Positions 18,386-27,312 of a DNA stretch of 36,254 nucleotides are shown in pieces. How positions within the stretch are numbered: position 1 is the first letter of the stretch; each line of letters begins with the position of its first letter. The notes below the pieces were generated by a model, which was given only the letters and a program-made list of their open reading frames with translations, was not told where the DNA came from and ran no database searches. The translations under genes and the position numbers were made by a program. The stretch is taken from the sequence record SRR31156797_5121; one strand, written 5' to 3'.

Positions 18386-19438
18386 ATGGATTCAATAACA
18401 CAGGCAACCCTTGGAGCAGCCGTAGGCCATATTTGCTGGCATGAAAAGTTAGGGAAAAAAGCTCTGGTTGCTGGCGCAATGCTCGGAACATTGCCAGATC
18501 TTGACGTGCTGTTATATCCTTTTCTAGATGAGGTTCAGCGACTCTATTGGCATCGTGGCGAATCACACTCGGTCTGGTTTTTGTTATTAGGATCAATTGG
18601 TATTGGTTGGCTGGTAAGGAAAAATTACAGCTCAAAACATTTTGAAATCTCCCAGACCATATTGGGTGTTTTTTTAATCCTCAGCACCCACATCCTTATT
18701 GATGTATTCAATGTCTACGGTACACAGCTGTTAGCCCCGATCTTGCGCAAAGGTTTTTCTCTTAACAATCTGTTTATTATTGATCCTTTGTTCACTTTTC
18801 CCCTGCTCGTTGGCACCATTGGTGCGTACTTTATACGAAAAAAATCCGAGGCTCAGCGGATAAACCAAATAGGGTTGTTACTAGCTACTTTATATGCGGC
18901 CTGGTCATTATCAGCTCAATCCATTGCTGACCAAAAATTTCGCATGGCACTGACTGAGCTAAACAACTTCAAGGTCAACCGGCAGGTAACCTCCGCAGGT
19001 CCATTTACCACTCTTTTATGGCGACACATTGCCGAAACTTCTGAGGGATTCTACTTGGGTTATTGGTCGTGGCTGGATAGTAACAATCGCAAAATACGCT
19101 TCCAGTTCATCCCCCGAAATGCTGCAATTGTTGAACAAATAAAGTCTACACGTACCTTTGAAACCGTTGAGTGGTTTTCTAAGGGCTGGTGGTTTGTGGC
19201 AAAGAGTGACAAAAAAACAGCCAAAGTTGTGGATTTACGGTTCATTGAATTACCATCTGCTTTAGATCAGCCATACAGTCAATGGCAATGGCCGTTTGCC
19301 TGGACCTTCAATTTAGCCATACAAGACGAAACCCGACTCAAGACAGTTCTTCCTGACCTGCAAGATCCGACCAAAACATTAAGGATCCTGGGTCAAAGGA
19401 CCCTAGGCCAAGATGGATGGCTTACAACCGTCGAATAA
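18386..19438 (+). CDS. Membrane-bound metal-dependent hydrolase (YdjM-like)
   Basis: MDSITQATLG, GTLPDLD, HRGESHS, THILID..NVYG, FIIDP. Confidence 0.85.
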   Translation: MDSITQATLGAAVGHICWHEKLGKKALVAGAMLGTLPDLDVLLYPFLDEVQRLYWHRGESHSVWFLLLGSIGIGWLVRKNYSSKHFEISQTILGVFLILSTHILIDVFNVYGTQLLAPILRKGFSLNNLFIIDPLFTFPLLVGTIGAYFIRKKSEAQRINQIGLLLATLYAAWSLSAQSIADQKFRMALTELNNFKVNRQVTSAGPFTTLLWRHIAETSEGFYLGYWSWLDSNNRKIRFQFIPRNAAIVEQIKSTRTFETVEWFSKGWWFVAKSDKKTAKVVDLRFIELPSALDQPYSQWQWPFAWTFNLAIQDETRLKTVLPDLQDPTKTLRILGQRTLGQDGWLTTVE

Positions 19439-19480
19439 ACGACCTGACTCACCCTATGAGTCTTTTCCCTGGCTAACCGA

Positions 19481-20326
19481 TTAGCCCTCATAGGTTTCGT
19501 ATTTCACCGCGTTTTTGCCGGCACGCTTTATCGCGTACATAAGTTCATCCGTGATATGCACCAGTACATCGACTGAGGGTGTGACAACATGACAGGTCAA
19601 AACGCCGATGCTAAAAGTAATCGGCCATTGATTTTGCGCCATCTCTTTCAGTAGGTTGGTTTGGAGGTTGGAAACAACAATATGTGCAACTTTTTCGTGG
19701 GTTTCGGGCAATAGCACGACGAACTCATCTCCACCCAGCCGAGCTACCACGTCAGTTGTCCGGATATGATCTTGAATTGACCTCACTACAATCTGCAGTG
19801 CTCGATCCCCGGTGGCATGCCCAAACCGGTCATTCACAGTCTTGAAATTGTCGAGATCAATATACACAAGGGTGAAAGGGCGGCCATATCTTCCCAAACG
19901 ATCCATCTCCATTTGCGCTAACTCATAAAATAGGCGAGAATTGATAGCACCGGTTAAGCTGTCGGTGGTAGCCAATTTGGTCTCGCGATCCAACACATTT
20001 CGTAAGGACGACAAAAGTAAGGATACAACTACAAAGAATGAAAATCGGATAAGCGTATTCCATAACGGCGTAAACGACTGAGAGTATTGATGTCCCGAAG
20101 CCACATCCGCCAAAAGCCAAGTCCCCGCACTAATTATTGATGCTATGAGACCAAAGGGCCGACTTATAAACCAGGAAACGAAAGAGACAGGGATCAGATA
20201 AAACAGAGAAAATTCAATTTCATACCCTACCATAAACTCCAAAAAACCTACCATTCCGATAAGGGAAAAGCCGATGCATAGCTTTAACAATTTACTCTGT
20301 TTATTAACTGTATCTAAAAAATTCAT
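19481..20326 (-). CDS. Membrane-anchored diguanylate cyclase
   Basis: N-terminal TM helices; DSLTG, DLDNFK..ND..GH..GD, RTTD I-site, GGDEF. Confidence 0.93.
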   Translation of the reverse strand: MNFLDTVNKQSKLLKLCIGFSLIGMVGFLEFMVGYEIEFSLFYLIPVSFVSWFISRPFGLIASIISAGTWLLADVASGHQYSQSFTPLWNTLIRFSFFVVVSLLLSSLRNVLDRETKLATTDSLTGAINSRLFYELAQMEMDRLGRYGRPFTLVYIDLDNFKTVNDRFGHATGDRALQIVVRSIQDHIRTTDVVARLGGDEFVVLLPETHEKVAHIVVSNLQTNLLKEMAQNQWPITFSIGVLTCHVVTPSVDVLVHITDELMYAIKRAGKNAVKYETYEG

Positions 20327-20497
20327 ATGGTTAAAAAGTTCTGTACCGTTGAAATATGGCTAACAAGTAATATGGACCCCAAAAATACCCCGCCATGGAG
20401 GAAAGCTGTGCCCCAACATAACGACAGAGAAATACCGAGGCAGCGCCTGACAAAAATTTCAGGGTGTGGGAATTAAGGGGGCATCGAATACACTCCA

Positions 20498-20870
20498 TCA
20501 AAAGGGGTTCCAGTTTGAGATAAAGATGGTTTCTAAAAATAACAAACTCCAACACAGAGTTCGAATCCAGTTGCTATCCACCAGGCGCTTAATAATGACG
20601 ATATTTTTGCCGACGCTGTGCAGGCGACGGTGGAAGGGAACAGAAAGAAAAAAGGTGGCTGACCATATTGCAAAAATGATCAGAATACGGTGCCATCTCG
20701 GATTCTGCTCTAGGAAATGGGCTAGCTCAACTCCTACCTGGAGAAACATAAGAGGAATGACAAACAGGCTTATCAGGACAGTGTATCTGCCATGCCAGTG
20801 AACAAAGCTCTTTTCCCTGGTATAAAAAACCGCTGTCCACCATAAACTGCAACGATGTCAGTGAACTCAC
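20498..20870 (-). pseudogene. Small membrane-protein gene with internal deletion/frameshift
   Basis: GTG-start frame SSLTSLQFMVDSGFL shifts near 20825 to YTREKSFVHWHGRYTVLISLFVIPLM...WSATFFLSVPFHRRL...NWIRTLCW, which resembles a conserved hypothetical family. Confidence 0.5.
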
Positions 20871-21093
20871 GGTGCCCTGCATTTCTTATACCCTTATAAA
20901 ATATTTATTCTCCATATTGCTGCCAATAAAAAAGTGCCGACAACCAAGCAGCACCTTTTAAAGTTACATTTTCCCATACTTTTCTTTTCGATAAAAAAAA
21001 GAAAACTGCATGTTATGAGTACTCATATTAACGATTATCCTGACATCAACTCAGATACCCTTTAGCTCCAAACATTAAGTTCCCATATTCATT

Positions 21094-21360
21094 CTATCTG
21101 TTTTCCGTCTCTGTAGTATTTTTTGCTAAATTGTTCTCGCAGTCAGAACGAACAACCTCCAGGGCTGAAATAGTAGCTGCTATCACCGCATCCATAACCA
21201 CCCCTCTCCCGGTCCAGTTGTTTCCGTATCGAACATTCTGGCTTTCCAGTTCATGGTCTACCAAAACCAGCGTACCAGCCGGGTCAGCTTCTACCTTGTC
21301 TTCGTAGTAGCCAATAATATTGGCAAGAGTCTCATCATATATCTTATCAATCAAGGACAT
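21094..21360 (-). CDS. Hypothetical protein (88 aa)
   Basis: Clean ORF 4 nt downstream of 21365..21586, GGAG upstream. Confidence 0.7.
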   Translation of the reverse strand: MSLIDKIYDETLANIIGYYEDKVEADPAGTLVLVDHELESQNVRYGNNWTGRGVVMDAVIAATISALEVVRSDCENNLAKNTTETENR

Positions 21361-21364
21361 CCGC

Positions 21365-21586
21365 TCACTCCAATCCTTTCACCACTATACCTTTTGCCTG
21401 GAGATCCCTGCAAACCGCCTCCACCTGTGATCTGTTACAATCTGTAATCCTATAAACATCGCTAACTCCGTCAATAAAAGAAAAAATAACCTGGCCATCG
21501 TTATCCAGTACAATGGAGCCGATGTAGTTTGCATTCAACCAAGGTTCCAGACTTTCTGTAAAATGATTCAAGCTACATTCATTCAT
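21365..21586 (-). CDS. Hypothetical protein (73 aa)
   Basis: AAGGAG RBS before the ATG. Confidence 0.72.
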   Translation of the reverse strand: MNECSLNHFTESLEPWLNANYIGSIVLDNDGQVIFSFIDGVSDVYRITDCNRSQVEAVCRDLQAKGIVVKGLE

Positions 21587-22079
21587 GCTATTCTCCTTTT
21601 AAGTTCAGATGAGATTCTTTTATAATCTGGCCAGGGTTTCATCCGGTTACTCCTCGTTACCAACCTTCGGTCTCCATAGATGTACTTACATCCCTGCAGA
21701 CGAACTCTTCTTCCTCAAACAACCCTTCTTTGGCTATACTTTTGTAACTATTCCCCAGTACAACCGATGCACCTGACATAAAAAAGCTTGATGAAAATCA
21801 AAAAAACTTTTCATTTTGAACACTTAAATACATCAGGAGCCATTTCCCCACTGAGAAACGATTAGCAAATAACCTCGCCTTAATCTCGATATGTGACCGT
21901 TCAGCAGTGCTCCTGCTCCGTACAAGCCGACTGCATAACTAGAGCGATGCTCTGTTTTCCTGCCTGATCGTTCAGGGGGAAACTCAGAATCTGCGGGATA
22001 CTGCTCAATACCTACTAACCTCTTTTATTTTATGCAGTGATGCCTTAGATGGCAATATGAGTTAAGAGAGAGAATAATA

Positions 22080-22245
22080 ATAGCTAAGACTATCAACCTG
22101 AGGGGCCTAATAGACGGCCCAAGGTATGAAGTCATTACTGACTCACTGTCAACAAACGTTGCGGTGCTGAATGACAAAGTGTGATTGAGTAGACCAACCG
22201 GGCCTAACAGGAGGATGCAGAAAAAAGGGGATGAAGGGTGAGCTT
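22080..22245 (+). pseudogene. Degenerate PAS-domain gene fragment
   Basis: EVITDSLSTNVAVLNDK/VIE*TNRA*QE with one frameshift and stops, matching the PAS start pattern DSLxxxIAVLDxxGxIxxxNxAW. Confidence 0.5.
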
Positions 22246-22481
22246 TAACGAAAGTTTGCAGGGATCCGAAGCAGTGAGCCTCAATTAAACCATGACAAGT
22301 TGAACAAAACAGGACGGATTAGATTCCGTGAGTAGTTTCAAACTATGCAAGTAAGGCTTTAATATTGAATCCTTTCCCGGCCTCGTAATTTTTCTATCGG
22401 TAATAAAATGGGCGCCCTGGAAACTTGAAACAAATTGTAAAAAAAACCTCCTATGCAATTAAAATACTACTTGCACTTCGT

Positions 22482-23729
22482 TTAGCATATTTCTTGGACT
22501 ATGGCCTCTGCTGTTTTTCGACCTGAGAGCAATGCCCATTGAATTCCAGGAAGACTCTGATATTCCCCGCAGGCGCGCAATTTTTCATGAACAGGTGCGG
22601 GAAGCACATATGGGTTTGGCGTAGGAGGTTCCTGGTTCGGTAGAGCGTGGTCTATGTGATAAGTGTGAAGATGCTCCCAATCTCTGACGGCATTGCCAAA
22701 CCACTCCTGGCACTGACTGCGTACCTGGTTTTCCAGATCTTCCTTCCCAAGATTTTTTTGTCCTAAGGCTACCACTGCAATAAGCGTTTTACCTGATGCA
22801 GAATAGCTCGGAGCTACTAGACTCGGAAAGGCTATATTGTTAATTGGACCTTTACCATCTCCATTCAGAACCAGAAAAGGGTCTCTGAACGGCGGACACC
22901 ATTCACTGGCGTAATACAAACAGCTCTCGCCGACCGATGATTGAGAAGATGGAAATCCCAAGAGTTGTTCAAGTGCCGGTTGAGACGTTGCCATTACCAC
23001 CCTGCGACCGATAATTTCACTGCCATCAATGAGGGTAACGATGCCGTCGTCTATACTTGCCACCTTGCTGTTCAAGCGAACGGCTTCCTTGGGAAGCATT
23101 GCTGCCAATTGCCTGGGGATATCTCCCATACCTTGCGCAGGAAGTGCAGCATCTCCCTCGGCAAACACACGAAAAATATACTGGAGAACACGACTCGAAG
23201 CCTGTATGCCTGGATCAAGACAGGCCCCAGCAAAAAAGGGGACGAAAAAGCTCTTGATAAATCCTTCTGAAAATCCCTGGTTGTACAAGAAATCTATGGC
23301 TTTTTCTTCTGGCTGAGAAAAGATTTGCTCAAAGGTTCCATGGCATACTGAGCGTGCCAGGCGCAATATTCTAATACGGTCCTTCAAGGTACCTATGGGT
23401 GCCAGAAGAGTTGACAAAATATATCGAGGATGATGAAGAGGGTCTGCAATAATATGAAATTCCCCATTGTATCGTACAACAACCCCAGCGGGAAATTTTT
23501 GCAGCTTTAGTTTCTCAACATCCAGCATTCTCTGGGCTTCAGGATACCCTGTTTGCAGCACTTGGAAGCCATGGTCAAGACGGAATCCATCTCTAGTATC
23601 TGTTTGAATTCTTCCGCCAAGTGTATCTTCAGCCTCAAGAATGGCGAAGGTGATATTGTTTTTCAGGAGAGTAACAGCACAACTCAATCCAGAAATTCCC
23701 GCACCAATAATAACAACATCAACCTTCAT
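22482..23729 (-). CDS. FAD-dependent oxidoreductase (amine oxidase/protoporphyrinogen oxidase-like)
   Basis: IIGAGISG, GGRIQTD..DGFRLDHGFQVL, ALLSGR. Confidence 0.88.
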   Translation of the reverse strand: MKVDVVIIGAGISGLSCAVTLLKNNITFAILEAEDTLGGRIQTDTRDGFRLDHGFQVLQTGYPEAQRMLDVEKLKLQKFPAGVVVRYNGEFHIIADPLHHPRYILSTLLAPIGTLKDRIRILRLARSVCHGTFEQIFSQPEEKAIDFLYNQGFSEGFIKSFFVPFFAGACLDPGIQASSRVLQYIFRVFAEGDAALPAQGMGDIPRQLAAMLPKEAVRLNSKVASIDDGIVTLIDGSEIIGRRVVMATSQPALEQLLGFPSSQSSVGESCLYYASEWCPPFRDPFLVLNGDGKGPINNIAFPSLVAPSYSASGKTLIAVVALGQKNLGKEDLENQVRSQCQEWFGNAVRDWEHLHTYHIDHALPNQEPPTPNPYVLPAPVHEKLRACGEYQSLPGIQWALLSGRKTAEAIVQEIC

Positions 23730-23774
23730 GCTCTCTAACCTCCTGTGTTATCTATCGGGGTACTATTTCGCTTT

Positions 23775-24794
23775 TCATCGCTTAAGCAGAACAATTGGTG
23801 GAAGTTGGAGCAATTTTTCAATCCACCGTGAGGGCCAGCCTTGTTGACCATTCAAAGCCCCCAAAAGAGCACCCAAAACAGCACCCCTGCCAGCGTTGTC
23901 ACCACCACACATTGTGTTTGCGATCATCCCTTCCTCTGGCGAATCATGGTATTTGAGGGCAAGATAGAGCGTTGCCGGCAAGGATTGTTCAACATAACAT
24001 GCTGATGAAAAATGTTTACCGACTACAATCGAATCTGGATAGTCGTTAAGGAGCTGGAGGCTCTGCGCCTCAATATCCAATGATGACTTCCCCGTCCCCG
24101 CAGCTATTGCTTGGTCGAGCGATTTCCCTTCTAGTAGACTGAGAAGGGTGACGGAAATCAATTCGCCCCATTGTCTCATCACAGATCCACCATGGGTTAA
24201 AGCGAGGTGCTGCAATGAAATTTCCTGAGCATAGACAGGGTCCTTCGAAAACACAATGGTCAGGGGGAGCATCAGGCTCAATCCGCCAATATGGTTTTCA
24301 TCCATTCGACCGCAATGAAAAGGATTTTTCCCTTTGCCATAATTGCTGAAAAAATGTCTGAGATACTCTTCAATATAAGTATCATTATGACTGCCAGGTG
24401 TAGTCATAAACGCTATAAGTCTGTCAAGCCAGGATTTGGCTGAGTAAATGCCATCGTCTTGAAGCAGAAACAGAAGCTCTCTTGCCAGTTGCAGATTAAG
24501 AGTGTTTTCCCCGGCCAGGAGAAACTGGTGGTAATGAATGTCTCTTTTGCCCCAGTATTGTGCCTGGTCATGGCGTATGTCTGGGGTGCCGGGTGGTGGT
24601 GTGTAAGATGAACGCCAGAGAATAGAGTCAGGATGCGGATTGCGGGGCCGCTGGTAATCTGTAACCTTACCATAATTGTTTACAAGGGCCTGGGTGTCGT
24701 AATACCAGTGAACAGGCATTGCCAGGGCATCTCCAATAAACATGCCGAGAAGCGCCCCTGAAACACGATCTATTGATGAAATGGAGTTGCTCAT
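23775..24794 (-). CDS. ADP-ribosylglycohydrolase family protein
   Basis: GALLGMFIGDALAMPVHWYYD, ALTHG, ANTMCGGDNAGRGAVLGALLGA; start may be 24806. Confidence 0.85.
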   Translation of the reverse strand: MSNSISSIDRVSGALLGMFIGDALAMPVHWYYDTQALVNNYGKVTDYQRPRNPHPDSILWRSSYTPPPGTPDIRHDQAQYWGKRDIHYHQFLLAGENTLNLQLARELLFLLQDDGIYSAKSWLDRLIAFMTTPGSHNDTYIEEYLRHFFSNYGKGKNPFHCGRMDENHIGGLSLMLPLTIVFSKDPVYAQEISLQHLALTHGGSVMRQWGELISVTLLSLLEGKSLDQAIAAGTGKSSLDIEAQSLQLLNDYPDSIVVGKHFSSACYVEQSLPATLYLALKYHDSPEEGMIANTMCGGDNAGRGAVLGALLGALNGQQGWPSRWIEKLLQLPPIVLLKR

Positions 24795-25065
24795 GTGATG
24801 TATCAAAACTCCTGTTTGCTACTAACAGAAACAATCGATCATTGATTGACCATCTTTCTCACCTGGAAAGCTGCGCCAGAGCATGAGGAGCCCAAGAAGG
24901 TGCAGAAAATGAAAGTGGATGATAAAGTCCCCAACGAAAACCCAGGGTTCCCGGCAGAAGACAAGAAAGGCTGGATCATAGGCAATATCCACTCATCTTA
25001 TCTCTCCAGCTATCTGATAATGATAAACATACAGCACATATACCCGACGAGCAACACGGCGACGA

Positions 25066-25197
25066 TTAGAAAAAAGAGACTTTGAGGCTGGCATTGCTGG
25101 CACTGTCGACTACCCAGGCACAGCCCTTGGCCTCACGCAAACTGCTAGAATGCTCATCCCGGCAACTGTTTGATATGTCTTTTTTACAGAGTACCAT
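25066..25197 (-). pseudogene. Bacterial lipocalin (Blc-like) fragment
   Basis: ISNSCRDEHSSSLREAKGCAWVVDSASNASLKVSFF* matches the lipocalin NxC...AxGxAxxVD...NAxLKVSFFW segment. Confidence 0.6.
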
Positions 25198-25237
25198 GAA
25201 AAACTTCACAAGTCTCTAGATCGAAGTTTCACGGTAC
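25191..25237. terminator. Imperfect hairpin just after the photolyase stop codon
   Basis: GTACCATGAAAAACTTC...GAAGTTTCACGGTAC. Confidence 0.3.
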
Positions 25238-25239
25238 CA

Positions 25240-26610
25240 TTACTGTTTGTCTCTGTTGTGAACAGATAGGATGTAGCCGTTAACATCAAATTTCCGACGA
25301 CAGCCAGCCTCATTCATATAGCGAATCTTGCCAAAAACCGGCCGTTCACGCCATGCTCTATCATGCACACCACCAATTGCCCAGGCAACCCCTGCATAGC
25401 CATTCGGATCTCGGCCATCCAGCGAATAACGATCATTAAGTATAATAGCATATTCTAGAGCAACTTCCGGACTAGAGGTCCACTCAAGGATTTTCTTCGC
25501 CCAGTACATCCGCAAATATCCATGCAGCTTCCCGCTCTGAACAAGATCAACCTGGCATGCGTTCCAGAGCAGCTCATGTGTGTTACCTTTTTCCAGTTCC
25601 TGTAGAGTATAGAGATAATCCCTCTGGTCATTCCGATGCTGATCAAGCGTTTTCCGAGCCCACTCAGGAAACCCTGCAAAACTATCGTAGCCGGGTTCGT
25701 ACAGACAAAAATTATCTGAAAGTTCCCGCCGCACGATGAGCTCTTCAAGAAAGGCGGCTTTGCCCTCCACGGGCAACTCACTCTTTGAAACCATCCAGGC
25801 CAGGCGCTGTGCCGAAAGGTTACCAAAATGAAGATACGGAGAAAGCCCTGATTGCCCTTGTAAACAGGGATTATTCCGGAACGCTGAGTAGTTGGCAAGC
25901 CCGGTATTTACAAAAGTGGCAGCAGCGAGCTGGGCCTCTGCTTCGCCGGCCGGAAGCCTTTCCCTTCTGGTATTATTCCTGTCGGAAGTAAGGGACGAAA
26001 GACTGCCACGATGAAGATCCGTTGCAACCAGGCTCCAATCGTAAGGGTGTTTTTTGACAGGAGGGATATCAGTTAAGAAATCGTCCAGCAACCGGTTAAT
26101 TTTCGGGCGAAGAGTGTAGGCTGCGTACTCTTTTTTTTCAGAAACAACCCACGCAGGAATAACATTATGGGCATCGACCTCATAATAAGGGGCGACCACG
26201 TCCTTTAGCAACTGTTTTTGCCATTGCCGCTTAATACGTAGTGGGTCAAAGTCACTGACAAGCACATGTGCATCGATCAGGCGGAGAAAAGAAGGTAATA
26301 CCTCCACAGGTGATTGCTGAAGCAGGACGAAAGGAATATGCAACTTTTGAAGTTTTTTCTGCACCCCTGCAAGTCCACGGAGCATGAATGCATAGTGACG
26401 GGATGTCGCTCCAGGGTAATCAGAAATGAGGCAAAAAACAACTACCAGCCCTTTCTGCTGAACCATGGCTTCCTGCTGTGCCCATAAAAGGGCCCAGTTA
26501 TCATCAACCCGCTGGTCACGGGAGAGCCAGTATACAACAGGCCCTTTGCCCCGGTGTCCATCTTTAAGGCGTCGGCACCTTCGGTCGATGTCGGTGTTCC
26601 TACGTTCCAT
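25240..26610 (-). CDS. phrB: Class II CPD deoxyribodipyrimidine photolyase
   Basis: YWLSRDQRVDDNWAL, VDAHNVIP, SGLSPYLHFG, EELIVRRELSDNF, HGYLRMYWAKKILEW, DGRDPNGY, FGKIRYMN. Confidence 0.95.
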   Translation of the reverse strand: MERRNTDIDRRCRRLKDGHRGKGPVVYWLSRDQRVDDNWALLWAQQEAMVQQKGLVVVFCLISDYPGATSRHYAFMLRGLAGVQKKLQKLHIPFVLLQQSPVEVLPSFLRLIDAHVLVSDFDPLRIKRQWQKQLLKDVVAPYYEVDAHNVIPAWVVSEKKEYAAYTLRPKINRLLDDFLTDIPPVKKHPYDWSLVATDLHRGSLSSLTSDRNNTRRERLPAGEAEAQLAAATFVNTGLANYSAFRNNPCLQGQSGLSPYLHFGNLSAQRLAWMVSKSELPVEGKAAFLEELIVRRELSDNFCLYEPGYDSFAGFPEWARKTLDQHRNDQRDYLYTLQELEKGNTHELLWNACQVDLVQSGKLHGYLRMYWAKKILEWTSSPEVALEYAIILNDRYSLDGRDPNGYAGVAWAIGGVHDRAWRERPVFGKIRYMNEAGCRRKFDVNGYILSVHNRDKQ

Positions 26611-26736
26611 AGCTATTACCAGTTATTCTATATGTCGTGTCAATATCAGATGTTTGCTTTTTCCCATTTAATCATTACTTTACACATAGTCATCACTAAA
26701 AAATATTGAAGAGCTGCATCAGGGAGACCTCTGTGC

Positions 26737-27312
26737 ATGGATGAGAAGGCGAAGATCAGAATCGGCATCAGTTCCTGCTTGCTCGGTAACAAAGTTCGTT
26801 TTGACGGCGGACACAAACATGACAGGTACATCACCGGGACGCTGGGTACCTTTTTCGATTTTGTTCCTGTCTGCCCCGAAGTCGAGTGCGGGCTTTCATT
26901 GCCTCGAGAATCGATGCGACTGGTTAGCAGCCCTGAATCGCCCCGCCTGATAACGAACAAAAGCGGTACTGAGCATACTGACAGGATGCATGCATGGTCG
27001 CAGACAAGCCTTGAAAAGCTTGCCCAAGAGAACCTTTGCGGATTTATTTTCAAAAGTAAGTCTCCATCATCCGGCATGGAGCGGGTAAATGTTCTGTTGC
27101 ACATAATGGGACATTTCAAAAAAGACCTTTCCAGTGATGAAAAAAAGGAACAGCTTGAGGTGATTAAACGTTTCCGGAATAACTATATCCCGCTTATTGT
27201 GCCCATCACTCTGATAAACCACTCTGTACGAAAATATGATGAACCGTATCTGAAGCAGCAGCACTATCTCAACCCCCATCCCACAGAACTCAAACTTCGA
27301 AATCATGCCTGA
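26737..27312 (+). pseudogene. DUF523/DUF1722 (YbgA-like) gene with an apparent in-frame internal deletion
   Basis: GISSCLLG..VRFDGGHK, CPEVECG, KSKSPSSGMERV joined directly to NVLLHIMGHFKK...YLNPHP; 191 aa versus ~310-320 aa usual. Confidence 0.7.

Noticed and set aside
20331-20801. ORFs 20331..20555 (-) and 20466..20801 (+)
   Set aside because: Better explained as overlaps of the membrane-protein pseudogene and intergenic DNA
21590-22480. Riboswitch or ncRNA in the ~900 bp gap
   Set aside because: No recognisable cobalamin, c-di-GMP or other consensus by eye, and part is explained by the PAS remnant; an Rfam/Infernal scan would decide
24846-25085. 79-aa plus-strand ORF
   Set aside because: Opposite to the local gene direction, no RBS, and overlaps minus-strand debris
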